NCBI GenBank assembly: GCA_013265495.1
Contig: MU058687.1
Coordinates: 868,001 to 932,000, forward strand
Source of the DNA: Vicugna vicugna
Taxonomy: Eukaryota
Length of the DNA stretch: 64,000 nt
Direction of reading: 5' to 3'
Of the stretch, positions 26,181-38,394 are shown in pieces. Numbering within the stretch: position 1 is the first letter of the stretch; each line of letters starts with the position of its first letter. The notes under the pieces were generated by a model. That model had not been told where the DNA came from, did not search any database, and saw nothing but the letters and a program-made list of their open reading frames with translations. The translations under genes were made by a program, and so were the position numbers.

Positions 26181-29100
26181 GGCAAGCAGCGTAGCTCAGA
26201 TGAGGATGAAGGGATGCAGGGGCTGGACTACCTGTGCCTCATGGGCCAATCCAAGGATGAAAACAGGAAACTGGGGAGTGGCTCTGGCTGGAAAGGGGCC
26301 CAACTCCCACTCCCCACCCCCTCAATACACACATATCCCTTTTCCCACAAAGCTTCTGAGGCATCTCAGAGGAACCACCCAGCTTATCAGAACACAGCTT
26401 GGAAACCACTAATCCAGCCCTACTTGCCATTTTCAGATGAGAAGAGTGAGATTTGATGGTCATCTACGCCCAGAGGCCTCTCTGTTAACTCTGGACACCA
26501 TCCCAGCCTCTCTGGAGAGAAGGCTGTTCAGGTGTGATCTAGGGACAGGCTCCGAGAACTTTGTACATCTTAATGTTTCAAGAGGGAGCCTCAGAAGCCA
26601 ATCCAGTGTCTAGCATGGAGGATGGGCTTCAAGGATGGGATTTTGTTCCTTGCCTGCCCCTGGGGCTCTCAGACCATCCCCCTGTTCTGCCAGAGTCCTT
26701 GACCCCCTGGCCCCTCCCCAGAACTCATCCCTAGGCAGGGGGAGGCCGTCTGCCAGGAAGGCAGATCCCACTCAAGCTCTGGCCTCAACATTCCTCTCCA
26801 CCCAGGGGTCAGGGTCAGATGTGGGGTATTTTCCCAAGCCCTGGGGACTCGAGGCGCCTCCTGACATGTACAGCTATTGCCCCGGGCCACAAGGGCAGCT
26901 ACCAGGAAAACGGCTGGGGAGGAAAGCAGTCAGCAGGCTCTTGGAGCAGAGCCACAAGGCGGAGGGCCCCGGGGCAGGAGGGGCCTGAAAGAAGCCCCAG
27001 GAAGTCAAAGTCAAAGCTGGTGATGGGAAAGGGGGTGCGTGGCAGAGGTCTGAGATGAGGCAGGGATTTTCCTGCCCCAATCCAGCCGATCCTCATCCAA
27101 TTAGCCCCAGGGTCTGGCCTCTCTGGAGACCCTTGCTGGCCTCCACAGTTCCAGGGGCAGAAGCCAAAGGCAGCTACCAGCCTGGAGACAGCAGCTGGAC
27201 CAAGAGCCCCCAGCAGGGCCCAAGCAGCACAGGCATTGCCTGCTAGGTCGGTCAAAGGCCAAGCAGGTCAGGCTGGTGAGAAGGTTCTGAAGATGAAGGA
27301 GGAGGCAGAGGCAGTTGCACTTAGGCTAGATCAGGAACAGCTGTGGAGAGAGAAGTCTCTTGAGACCTGGAAAGAGGTTTCATCAGCCAAGGCTGGCCCG
27401 AGGCGGAAAGGGGCCACATCAGCCTCCTTCCTTCCCATTTCCCCCTCCTGCTCTCTGAGCGTCAGGCACCTGCCAACCTGCCATCCTCCTCCAGAGGAAG
27501 GCAGATGTAGGGGAATGAGGAAGTAGGTCAGAGGCCTGAATTCAAGTCCAAGCTCCTCCCCACTTTAGCTGTGTGATCTTCAGCAAAGATCACAAACTTT
27601 CTGAGATTCCACTTCCCCTTCTGTAAAAATGGGATGAACAGTTCTACTCTGTGACATACTAGTGGAACATCCAAGAGGCGGTGTCTAGTAGGCAGAATTA
27701 ATTAAAAAAAAAAAAAAGACCTACCTGGTAGGACTGTAGAAATGATTGAATGTGGCAATGAAGGTAAAGATCTTAGTTAGCTATCATTTAGTTAGCCGTG
27801 GTTTTAAACCCCATTTCCAAGCTAGAGGCTGGGCTGGATAGTGGATGGTGAAGGCCTGAGGTAAGGAAAGTTATTTGTTATTAAAAAGAAAACAGAAAGA
27901 GGGAAGTCAGATCTCACAGCACACCGCAGCCAAGAGCCCGAGCAGACAGTGTCTCCTCTGGAGGAAGGGCTGGGGTTCTTCACTCTGTTGCCCTCTGGCA
28001 GGCACTTCGCTCCTGTTTTCCTCGTTAAGTGTGGCTGTAACCTGGCCCCCTTAGCACTGCTGATATAAGGTCCAGAAACAATTCAGAGTCCCCAACAGAC
28101 AGCATCAGCTGCTTTCAGCGTCACCTCCCACTTGGATCAACAAGGTGGCGCTGAACTTAGGGCTGACAGCAGGGGGTCAGGACAGACAGCACCGAATCCT
28201 GGGAGTGGAAGCCAGGATTCAGGGACCTCAGGGTATGTCCGGCAATGCTCAGCATCACCACACCATAAAACAGAAAAAGCAAATATTGTTGAGCACACAC
28301 TGTTTGCCAGGCTCTGTGCTAGGCACTTATGTGTATTATCTCATTTAATCCGCATGAAAACCCTATGCAGTTGACACTGCTATTATTCCCGTTTTACAGA
28401 TGGAGAAACTGAGGCACGGGATAATTAAGAATCTTAACCAAGGGGCTTATCATTTGTTGGAGAGGCAAGACTATAGGCTCATATCCCCATATGAGAAGAG
28501 AACAGAATCTGAAATGTTCCCTACCACCCCAAGTAGCCCACTTCTCAGTTTCACATCACCATCTGCCTCAGTTTCCCCAGGTCTCCAGCTGCCACCATGG
28601 TGACTGGGCTTGAAGGGCAGCCCTCACTCACTATTCTAGAAGTAGAAGTTTTCGTTTTCCCAAAGTTCAGCCAAGGCATAGTCAGAATTTTTCAAAAAGA
28701 GCTTATCTAGAAAACTTAGAGGAAAACAGAACAAAATTAAAACATAAAAAAGCCAAGAATCTGGGAAGAGAGTTTATAAAGTTTTCACGTTCTAAGATAA
28801 GGAAAGTGACGATAGTATTGGTTGTGCCAAGTATCAGACACTCTACTATGCTCTTGATATATGTTATTTTGTTTTATCCTCAAGGGTACCCGATGAGACA
28901 AGTAGTGGTATCTTCATTTCACAAATAAGGAAACATGCTCAGAGAAGTTAAAGCAATTTGTCCATGTCACACAGCTTATAGGCAGTGGAGCCGGGAGCCA
29001 AATCGACCTTTGCTCTTAACCACCTAAATACAGAGAATGGGCATGGTGGGCACGACTGTCCCAGCTGACAGGCCTCTAGCTTCCAGGCCTTATTTACTTC

Positions 29101-29639
29101 TGATGGCGGGGGATTGACTCAGCTACCCAGATCCTAAACCGAAGGCTTTCAGGCTGGCCCCACTGCTCCATCTGATGGATTTCAGCTCTTGCTCAGGAAC
29201 AAATCATAACACTTTTCCTCCTGAACAAGGATGGAAAAGCTCTGGCAAATCTGTACCTTTCAGTTCTCTGTGTTTTCATTCCAAATTATGCAGACCAAAA
29301 CAAAACAAAGCAAAACCCAAAACAAGCCAATACGTTAAAACATTTGTATTTGCCCTTGTCCTTCATTTCAAATTACCCTTGTGACATGTTATGGTTTCTA
29401 CAATATTTCATTGGTTAATCATTGGCCAGCTGGCTCCTGAAGCCCAGAGATAATGTGAGTGAAGCTCTTAATCCAGTGCCGGGCACATTATCCGCATTCA
29501 GCGTGTTGCTGTGATGATTACTGTGGAGCGGCCTCTTCCTGCAATCACATCAGCAAGTTATCCCTGACTCCCCTTGATATAAAACAGTGTAAAATTAAGT
29601 CCTGACTGAATCGTTGGTACCAATAGTTATTAATAAATA

Positions 29640-29875
29640 ATATTCACCAAGCAGTTACTGCATGCCAGGTTTCAGTCTGTGTAGCTTACCTACATTATCT
29701 CTTTTGATCTCCATAACAATTTAACGAGGTAGGAATTATTTTTATTATTTCCCTTTTATAGATGATAAAACTGAGTCCTGGAAATATTAAGTAACTTGCC
29801 CAAGGTCACACAACTCCCAAATGGCAGGACTGAGGTCTGAACCCAGATAGCTAAATCCAGAACCAGCACTAGAAA
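29640..29875 (-). mobile_element. MIR SINE (one of many; others near 11760, 13120, 13660, 16510, 27535, 28290, 28830, 32520, 40350, 44400)
   Basis: TTTTATAGATGATAAAACTGAG...AAGTAACTTGCCCAAGGTCACACA MIR core. Confidence 0.8.
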
Positions 29876-30941
29876 CCTTTACACTCCACACCTCTGATGA
29901 TGCTTCTGACTATAAGATTATATTATAGGAGGTGAAAGGAAGATGTCATTGTGTGCTGGGGTAGTCAGGGAAGGCTTCCTGGAGGGCGTGGGCCCTACTG
30001 GACCCTGAAGGAAGGACAAGATGGGTAGAGCAAAAGAGAGACATATTTTAGGCTGGGAGATGATCCCTGAAGTCTCATGGGACCCAAAAATGAGACATCA
30101 GGAGGTCCTCCATCTTTAGAATACAAGGATTACTTCCCCTCTGAAGCAGTGGCATTTGGCCAACTTGGGTGTCCAAGAAAGGACTCAGAGCATGAACAGG
30201 GGCCTATGGGGTGTGCCTGGGCATTCCAGCATCAGAATAGAGAAGGAGAATGGCAACAGATCGCCCAGGAGGACCTCGCAGAGGATTGGCCAGAGTCAGA
30301 TTGATCCCCTGTCACCTCCACACTGACCGCCAGTTTGCTTTGGGGAAGTTGTTTTGTTTTGCTATAACTGTGGTAGGGTTCCCCCAGCAGGTATGAACGC
30401 AGAAGGGCCCGTGGGCCTGCAAGTCTGTAGGAGTTCAGAGAAACCTTGGGGAGAGGCTTGAACTTCACTTGAGCTATAAAAATGGTGAGGCTGGGGTGGG
30501 GGTGGAATTTAATCTAACATGTCACCCCACATTTCCTTGCCTAGGAGCTGGTCGGAGGGATGGCTCCAGGGAAAGTGAGGCCAGTGCTGGCCAGCAGAGG
30601 TCTAAACGGGAACATGTGTGCAGCCCCAGGTCCAGGCCTGGCTCTTCCAGGCCCCGATGGAATTTCTGAGTGCGTCAGGAACTTTGCACCTGTCCCTTCT
30701 CACTTAGCTCCAGCCTGGCCTGACCCAGAAAGGCTGCAGCCAGAGGCAGCCTGGAAAGAAACAGCCAACACTTCTGAGAACCAGGCTGAAGCCAGAAGGA
30801 AGGAATAGCCCGAAGGATCCTTCTCTGCACAGGAACCCATTCCTGTCCCATGTGCTCTCCAGTTCTCACTGCAAAGCTCACTCTCTGGCTTGTATTGTGG
30901 CCATGTGTGTGCATGGTTTGCGCTCCTATTATACTTCAAGT

Positions 30942-31099
30942 CATTGTCATTCAAAGTGTGGTCCACGGACCAGCAGCAACAGCCTCACCTGGGAGCTCAT
31001 TAGAAATGTAGACTCTCATCACAGACATACTGGATCAGAATCTGTCTATTAACAAGATCCCCAGTGATTTGGAAGCACATTGAAGCTTGAAAAACACTG
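30942..31099. mobile_element. MER5A-like hAT-Charlie DNA transposon relic
   Basis: TCAAAGTGTGGTCC...CACCTGGGAGCT...TAACAAGATCCCCAG...AAACACTG. Confidence 0.8.
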
Positions 31100-31197
31100 C
31101 AACTTGGAAGTAGGAGTTACCCCAGCAGAGTTATCCTTGTACAAGTAAGCTTTTGTATCCTGAGTGCTTGGCAGTAAGTAGATGCTCAATAAATACG

Positions 31198-32205
31198 TTT
31201 TAACATCTTATTTTGAAATAATTTGAGACTTAGAGAAAAGTCGCAAAAGCAGTACCATATTCGCATATACCCTCCCCAGTTTCCCCTAATAGTCACAGTT
31301 TACACAGCCATGGTACAATGGCCAAATTAACATGGGTAAACTAACAGAGGTATGAGACTATTAGCAGAATCAAAGACCCTTTTAACATTTCATGAGTTTG
31401 TCCCCTAATGTCCTTCTTCTAATCCAGGACCCTTTGTGGCATTTAGTTTTTGAGTCTTTTTTGTCTCCTCTAATCTGTGACAGTTTTTCATTCTGTCCTT
31501 GTTTTTCAACACTTTGACTCTTTTAATGCGTCCCCTCAGTTAAGTTTTATTGTCTCTCAACTTGAGTATGTCTGACGTTTTCTTGTAAGTATACTGAGGT
31601 TTTGCAATTTGGGTAAAAATACCACAGAAGTGGTGCTGAACCCTCCTCACTGCATGAGGACACATGTCTTGTCACTGATGATGTTAACCTTGATCACTTT
31701 GTTAAGCTTGTGTCTGCCGGGTTTCTCCACTGTTTCTCTCCTGTAAAATTACTGCTCTCCTTCCTTTTGTAACTAATAAGTATCTTGTTGGGGGGAGATT
31801 TTTTTGAGACCCTGAGAATATCCTGATTTTCCTCAAACTTTTTCTACTGATTTTAGCATCCATCCCTGCTGGATCTTGCCTACCACAATGATTACTATTA
31901 TATTTGCCTAATAGTGATTTTTTTTGTATTTCCCTCATTACTTGTATATTTATTCATTGGAATTCTTCTATAAAGAAGAGCTCTTCCTCCTTCCCCATTT
32001 TTTCCCAATTTTTTTAAACTTCATTAGGGACTCATGGCTATTCATTTTATTCTATGGGTTATAATCCAGGGTTATCATTATTTTATTTTGTTGTTCAAGT
32101 TGCTCCATCCACTGGAAGCTCTCACAAGTTGGCTTCTTGTCTTTCTGCCATGCTCCATCTTTTTCCAAACACTTGCTTATTTTCTGGCACCACAAAATGT
32201 TCCAG
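31198..32205 (-). mobile_element. Ancient L1 (L1MC/ME-like) 3' region
   Basis: TTATTTTGAAATAATTT...GAAAAGTCGCAAAA start and T-rich body typical of an antisense old L1 3' end. Confidence 0.7.
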
Positions 32206-34148
32206 TCTTGTTTGGTTCAGTAAATATCTTTGAATGAATAGTCGAATGAAAAGAAGGTGCATGTATAGAAGCTCAGCCCCTCTAATTCCCCAGCTAGGAA
32301 ACTGTAGCCAATTCAACTTTCAGCAGCTGAGGGGAGAAATAGGAGATGTGCCCAGGCCCCACAGAATCATTCACTTCCACTGCCCTACAAGGGTCCAGGA
32401 AAGCTGGAGAAACTTTAAGCCTGAAAAGACAAAAGAAATAGTATCTGTAGAAATTATAATCTGGGAAATTTGTCTGCCCTGAAAATCCAGTTCATGGACT
32501 TTCCACATCTACTGAGCAGTATGAGGCAGTGCCTGGGAATACATGTGCTGGAGCCAGATGCCTGGGTCTGAACCCTAGGTCTGCTACTTGCTGTGCAACT
32601 TCCCTGTACCTCAAGTTCCCCATCAGTAAAATGCAGGTGATAATAACAGTACTTGCCATGGAATTGTGTCATGGCTAAATGAGTTTCAATGTTTAAACTG
32701 CTTAGAACAGTCTGTGGTACCCTAAACACTGAATAATCATTAGCCAGGAGGCTGGCATTTCCAGCAATTAAGTCATGCTGAATTCATTCAGTATTTATTG
32801 AGCATTGCAGCATGCATTACTGTGAGGGGTTGCCATCACTGAAAGAGACAAAGTCTCTGTTTTCATGGCACTTACACCCTCCTGGAACAGAAACGCTCCA
32901 ACCCTACTAGACACTGCAATACTTTTTTAAGACAGTAGTGAGTGGATGGGAACAGCATGTGTTTTTGCCACCAAAACCATTCACACTTTCCTGTGAAAGT
33001 ATTCATTTTCCCCGTGGTACCACGGGATGGAGGTCTTAGCCAATCAAAGCATTGTATTGCCCCAGCCACAGTGATTGGTTGAGGCGAGGACCCACCCAAT
33101 CAGCCTGAGGGAGATTTTGCGCCAGGGGCTCCAAAAGGTCAAAACCTGTGAGGAAAGAACAGCGGGGGCAGGGGGGTGCATGCTAGAGAATAAGCCACTG
33201 CCACTGAGGGCGGAGCCAAGAGTGGAGGGAAATGAGTCCTGATGGCACTGTTCCAGCCCCTGAGGGGAGAATGGGCTTGAAGTCTGTCCTATTCGGGACT
33301 TTTCAGTTGCGCAGCCAATACATTCCCTTGTACTACTCATTACTGAAGGAGCCCTGAGCTTAGTTCACTCCCTTAGAGAGCTGACACTTGGACAGGAAGC
33401 TGGACGCTGTTCTGAGCCCCTGCTGTTGCTCTGAGCACTTCTTAGTTTCCTGCCGTGTCCCCAAGTGTAAACCACCACACAAACACTCTCTCGCTCTCGC
33501 TCTCTCTGTCCACTCCATCCCACTTCTCACCTCTGGCCCACTTAATCCTGCTTCCTCCTCCGGGAGACCCCTGACCCAGGCCAGCCTCCCCTCCCCCATC
33601 CTCCAGAGCTGGAGCCTCTCCCTTCTGCTCACCTGGACCCTCCCACCCCTCAAACTCTTCTGTCTGAGCCTCTCTTTGGAGGCAAGTCTGGCTGAATTCC
33701 CAGCCTTCAGTCTTGCCTTTTGTGGCCCTGCCTCCTCCCCTCTGGAAGGACTGAGGGAACCCTGTGCAGTCCTGATGGTCAGCAGGAGAGTACCACCGTC
33801 CACCACAGGAGTCACACCGAGGCTCGCACTCTAGAAGGTCCCCCTTTCGTTACCTTATCTGTCCCTGGGGTCTTCCTGTAATCCTAGGCCTGGGCAGCTT
33901 CAGGGCTGACTCAAGGATGTTGGAGTTCTCCCACCTCCATATCCTGGTAGAAGCCATATCCTAAGTGGAACCCAAACTGCCACTTCCTTTGAGAAGATTT
34001 CCACCTCCCTTTTCTCAAATTCTAGGGAACTGGCTGTCTAAACTACTTCATCTTACCTTGACTTACGACATTTCTTGTGCTGTCTGTCCTCCAACCTCTC
34101 TTGTGTTAACTTTCACTCAGTATACAATTTGCCTCTTCGACTGACTGG

Positions 34149-34511
34149 TGTCTTGGTCAGCTCGGGCTGCCTTACAAAATACCACAGACAGGGTGGCTCA
34201 AACAATGGAAATTTATTCTTCACAGTCTGGAGGCTGGGAAGTCCCAGATCTATCAGCCAGCAGATTCAGTATCCAGTGAGAGCCCTCTTCCTGGTTTTCA
34301 GACGGCTGGCTGCTTCTGTGTCCTCACATGGCAGAGAAAGAGAGAACCGGATTCTTCCTCTTCTTACAAGGACACTCATCCCATCATGGGACCCCCACTT
34401 CTATGACCTTATCTAAACCTAATCACCTCTCAAGCCCACTTCCAAGTATCATGACACGGGGATTAGGACTCCAACATATGAATTCTGGGGGGACACACAC
34501 AGTCCTAGCAA
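34149..34511 (-). mobile_element. MaLR solo LTR (MLT1 family)
   Basis: GGGCTGCCTTACAAAATACCACAGACAGGGTGGCTCAAACAA...CAACATATGAATTCTGGGGGGACAC characteristic of MLT1. Confidence 0.85.
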
Positions 34512-37500
34512 CTGGACTGTAAGCCCCGCACAGTGCTCAATGAGCACTGAATGAAGAAATCAATGGTTGAATAAATGAATTATTGAATGAATGGTGAAAT
34601 GAGTGAGTGAGTGAGTAAATGAATAGACTAATGATGGGAGGCAATAATAGGACTGGGGTGAAGTGACAAAAGGGTCAAAAAGTCCTAGAGGGGTTCGGAC
34701 TTGGGTCCAGGGAGGGGAGGAGCAGAGAAAGGAGACCAACAGGGGCTGGGCAGCTACCACGGCAGAATGTCCTAAGGGAGACAATGCAGGGGCTTGGGCC
34801 TGGACTCTCTTACAGAGCCCACTTATTAAAACTTACGTAAGTGCCATTTGTCAAGAACATTGTGCATCTTGCTTTGACGTGGCCAGTCTTGACGGCTGAG
34901 GGCTCTGCTCTGGTGTATCTCTCACCTGGATGCGGGAAGGCTTTGTTACCATCACAGCAGGTACAGCCTCTGAGGAAGGGCCTGCGAAGTCCCGTGGACC
35001 TGGCTGCCTCCTACAAGATTTTCGGCGAGATTCCTAGTCCTCTCAGGTCAGAGCCAGGGGGCCACTATCTCTCCTCCCCTTCTCCACCCTTTGCCATCCC
35101 TTCCCAGTCCCTGGTTCCACACCGGCACTGCCAGAGCCTGTGGGGCCCCACACAACCCCAGAGCGCCACAGATGTCTGTGTGGATTTGCAGCTACGAATG
35201 AAAAGCCGAGGTTTGTTTTGAATGGATTGTGGCTCTGGAGAGAAAGCCTGGGGATGCAAATCTGCCATGAGTGGGATGCAGATGGGAAGCAGATGTGGGA
35301 AGTCCCTGCTCCATCCCCTAAGGCCCACCTTAGAGAATTCATGCCTTTCTGCTCAGACCTGCTCAAGGTCTGGTCTGCTCAGCTGTTGCGCCATCTCCTC
35401 TTTCTCAGTCATTTGCATTTTCCTTTCTCTGGCGTTCCTATAGGGTAGTCTATATCCCTCACCTCTCCTCTCTCTACTTCTGTCTCTCTCTTTCTCTCTG
35501 TCTCCCAGTCTCTGTTTCTCTCACTCCATCTCTTTGTCTTCACATCTATCTTACCCTATCTCTTGCTCTCAGACAGTCTCTGACCCTGTCTGTCCTAGGT
35601 CTCTGACTCTCACTCCCTCCCTCTTCCTGGCTGCTTCCCAAGGCCAGTGCCCCTACCCTCCATGCTTGGATAAGTCTGCCAATCAGCTTAAGCTCCTGGA
35701 GTGAGGAACAGGAAGAACAGGCCAAGGGCAGACGGCAGCCCCTGTTCCATGAAGGAAGGCGATTTTAAGCCAGAGAGGCCTGGACGGGCTGAGGCCAAGA
35801 ATTTCTCACTTACCCGCAGGGTTGGATATTTAGTCTGAGTTGGGGAGGGCAGGTGGCAACCAGCCTGGAGCTCCCAAGCCTCCAAGAGCAGCTCGGCTGC
35901 GGGCCCTCCCCAGCCTGACGTCCCCTTCAACAGACATCTCTCTCCCTCCTAGCCTGGAACCTACTCCTTCCAGCAGCAGGGAGAGGCAGCACCGCAGGGC
36001 ACCACAGTCACTGTCTGCCCAGGTGAAGGGCAGGTGGGACACGATGAGGTGTGTTTTGTATCCCTCACTGCTCTCCCAAGAGCTGGGAGCAGCTCTTGCC
36101 TTTCAACCCCTGCAGGGCCTCAGACAGTCTCCCAAGGCAAATTTTCCTTTGGCTTGTGTACAGACTAAATACTTTATCCAATTGCTATGGGCTCCACCTC
36201 CAGTTGTCTGATTCTCCGTTACGGGTCTGTCCACAGCCCTCTGAGCTCTCAGGCAGGACCTTGGGATGATTTGCCACACAGTCCAGAGGCTCCTAATGAT
36301 CTGACACACGAATGTTAAACGCATGTACAGGTGGAGAATCCTATACAACTCTGGGGGGAAACTCGAGGGACACACAAAACCATCCCCAAATAGGCTTCTG
36401 TCATTCCCAGGAGACTGGAATCGTTTAGAGGACAATGTCACAAATACAGCTGCAGTTGTGAATGAGGGTGCTGTCAGAGGACAGCTGGGGCTGGTCTCCC
36501 TGGCACTCTCCAAGACTCTGCTCAGGGCTGCCTTCTCCCAGCAGGCCTTTGCTGTGGGACCCAGGGGCACCCTGTAGTCCTGGCATTGGGCTGGCACTGA
36601 GGGGCATCACCACAGTGCTGTATCACAAGGCATGGTCCCGGAGGCGTGGCATTTAGTGTGGTGGCCGAGCCCTTGGTTCTGGAATCCTTCATGCACTGAG
36701 AACCTATCCCATGCTGACTCTGTGCTGGGCAGTGTGTGGGAGTGGGAGCACACCAGACAGGGTGCCTGCGTTCATGAAGGAAGACAATGGGGTGGTGAGA
36801 GCTGGGACAGTGGTCAGGAAGGGCCTGGAGCAGGCCACAGCAGCTGTCTCTGAGCTTCAGTTGCTTCACCCATGAAATGGGGGCGATAACAGGGCTGTTT
36901 TGAGGAGTCAGTGAGGTAATCAATACATGGTAACTGTAGTGATAACAGACCATGAATAAGGACCAGGCAGCTAAAGCAGTTAGCAGCAACAGACAGGGCG
37001 TGGGCATAGCATGTGCTGTCAGTGCTCTGCCCACACCCTCAGGTCCCTGTATCACTTCAGGACCCCCTTGCCAACACCTGTCCCCAGCTGCTGGAACCCA
37101 CTTTGGCTGCCTACACGGAGGTCAGGGAAATGCCTGGAAATTTACTTCCCTCAGTCCCCACAGGCTGCCCCTAACTGATGGCTCTGGGTGAGGGGTATAA
37201 ACACTTCCATCTCCCAAGCTCCCTGCACACTGAGCCATACCCCCACCCCCTCACCCCATCCGCCCCTGTGGCCTCTCGCCTGACATCTCAGTCTTGCTTA
37301 GCTTCTTTCTCTTCTCAGTCTCCCACCCCCACTCCTGGGAAGATTCCTAAGAATTTCACTTGCTCACAAATCCTTGTTGCAGGGTCTGCTTCTGGGCATA
37401 CAATTTAAGACACAGAGAAGTGCCAAGTAAACATTAGGAGGTGTCCCCTAAGTTGTGTGACCCAGTGTTCTTACAGAGCCAAGGAAGGGTCCTATAGGCC

Positions 37501-38247
37501 AAGGCGGGTCCTCCCAAGCCCCTAAGGAATCAGTCACAGCAGCCTTCTAACTCTGAGGAAATCTGGGCTCCCTGTATTTGAACATGGCAAAGGCCAGGGC
37601 CGTGGGAAGCTGGCCTATATCGCTTAGCCTTCAGGTCAGGAAACCGTCTGAGCCGCTGGCTTCAGGAGTCTGTGTCCTTCCTCCAGGGATTACACAGGGT
37701 GCCAAAATATGGCATAAAATCATATTTAACTGTTGCCATCTTTCTCTATTCCTGGGAACCCCAAATGGGTCAGCTGAAGTTAAATCTTTATTGTCCCTCT
37801 TCCCACATCCCATCAGAGGAGAAACGGCAGACCCACACATAGCGGCTGGCAGGCGCCGATCCAGATGCTGGTCTGGATTATTTTTCTGGACTTCGTGATG
37901 TTTGTGGTATTTGCTAGCTTTTAAAAATTTTGTGACATGTGATTTTTTTCTTACTCTAAATAAATATCCTTCTTCATACCTAATTTTATGTTCTTTTTCT
38001 TAAAGCAGGCTCTCCAAATTTTATAAGCTTCAGATAACAGAAAACCTCAATACACTTTGACCATCCAATGAGTGGAAGAATTTTTCACAGGCTGGCTTCT
38101 GGCTCCATACATCTCAACCCTTCTTCCTCCTCTCCTATCTGCAGACTTCTGGTGCCAGATGTGATACGTCTCCGGCCCTGCACCTGGCACTGCTTGAGGT
38201 GAGTCCCCACAGTGCACAGTGGGAATATTCCAAAAAGCCATTTCTAA

Positions 38248-38394
38248 ACACCTTTTTTTGTTTTGTCTTTGGGTTTTTTTTGGTGGGGGGGATTAGGTTT
38301 ATTTATTTATTTTAATGGAGGCACTAGGGATTGAACCCAGGACCTCGTACATGCTAAGCACTCATTCTGCCACTGAGCTATAACCTCCCCCCAG
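38248..38394 (-). mobile_element. tRNA-derived SINE (camelid Vic-1-like), full length
   Basis: Same family on the minus strand. TSD AAAGCCATTTCTAA at 38234-38247 and 38395-38408. Confidence 0.9.
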
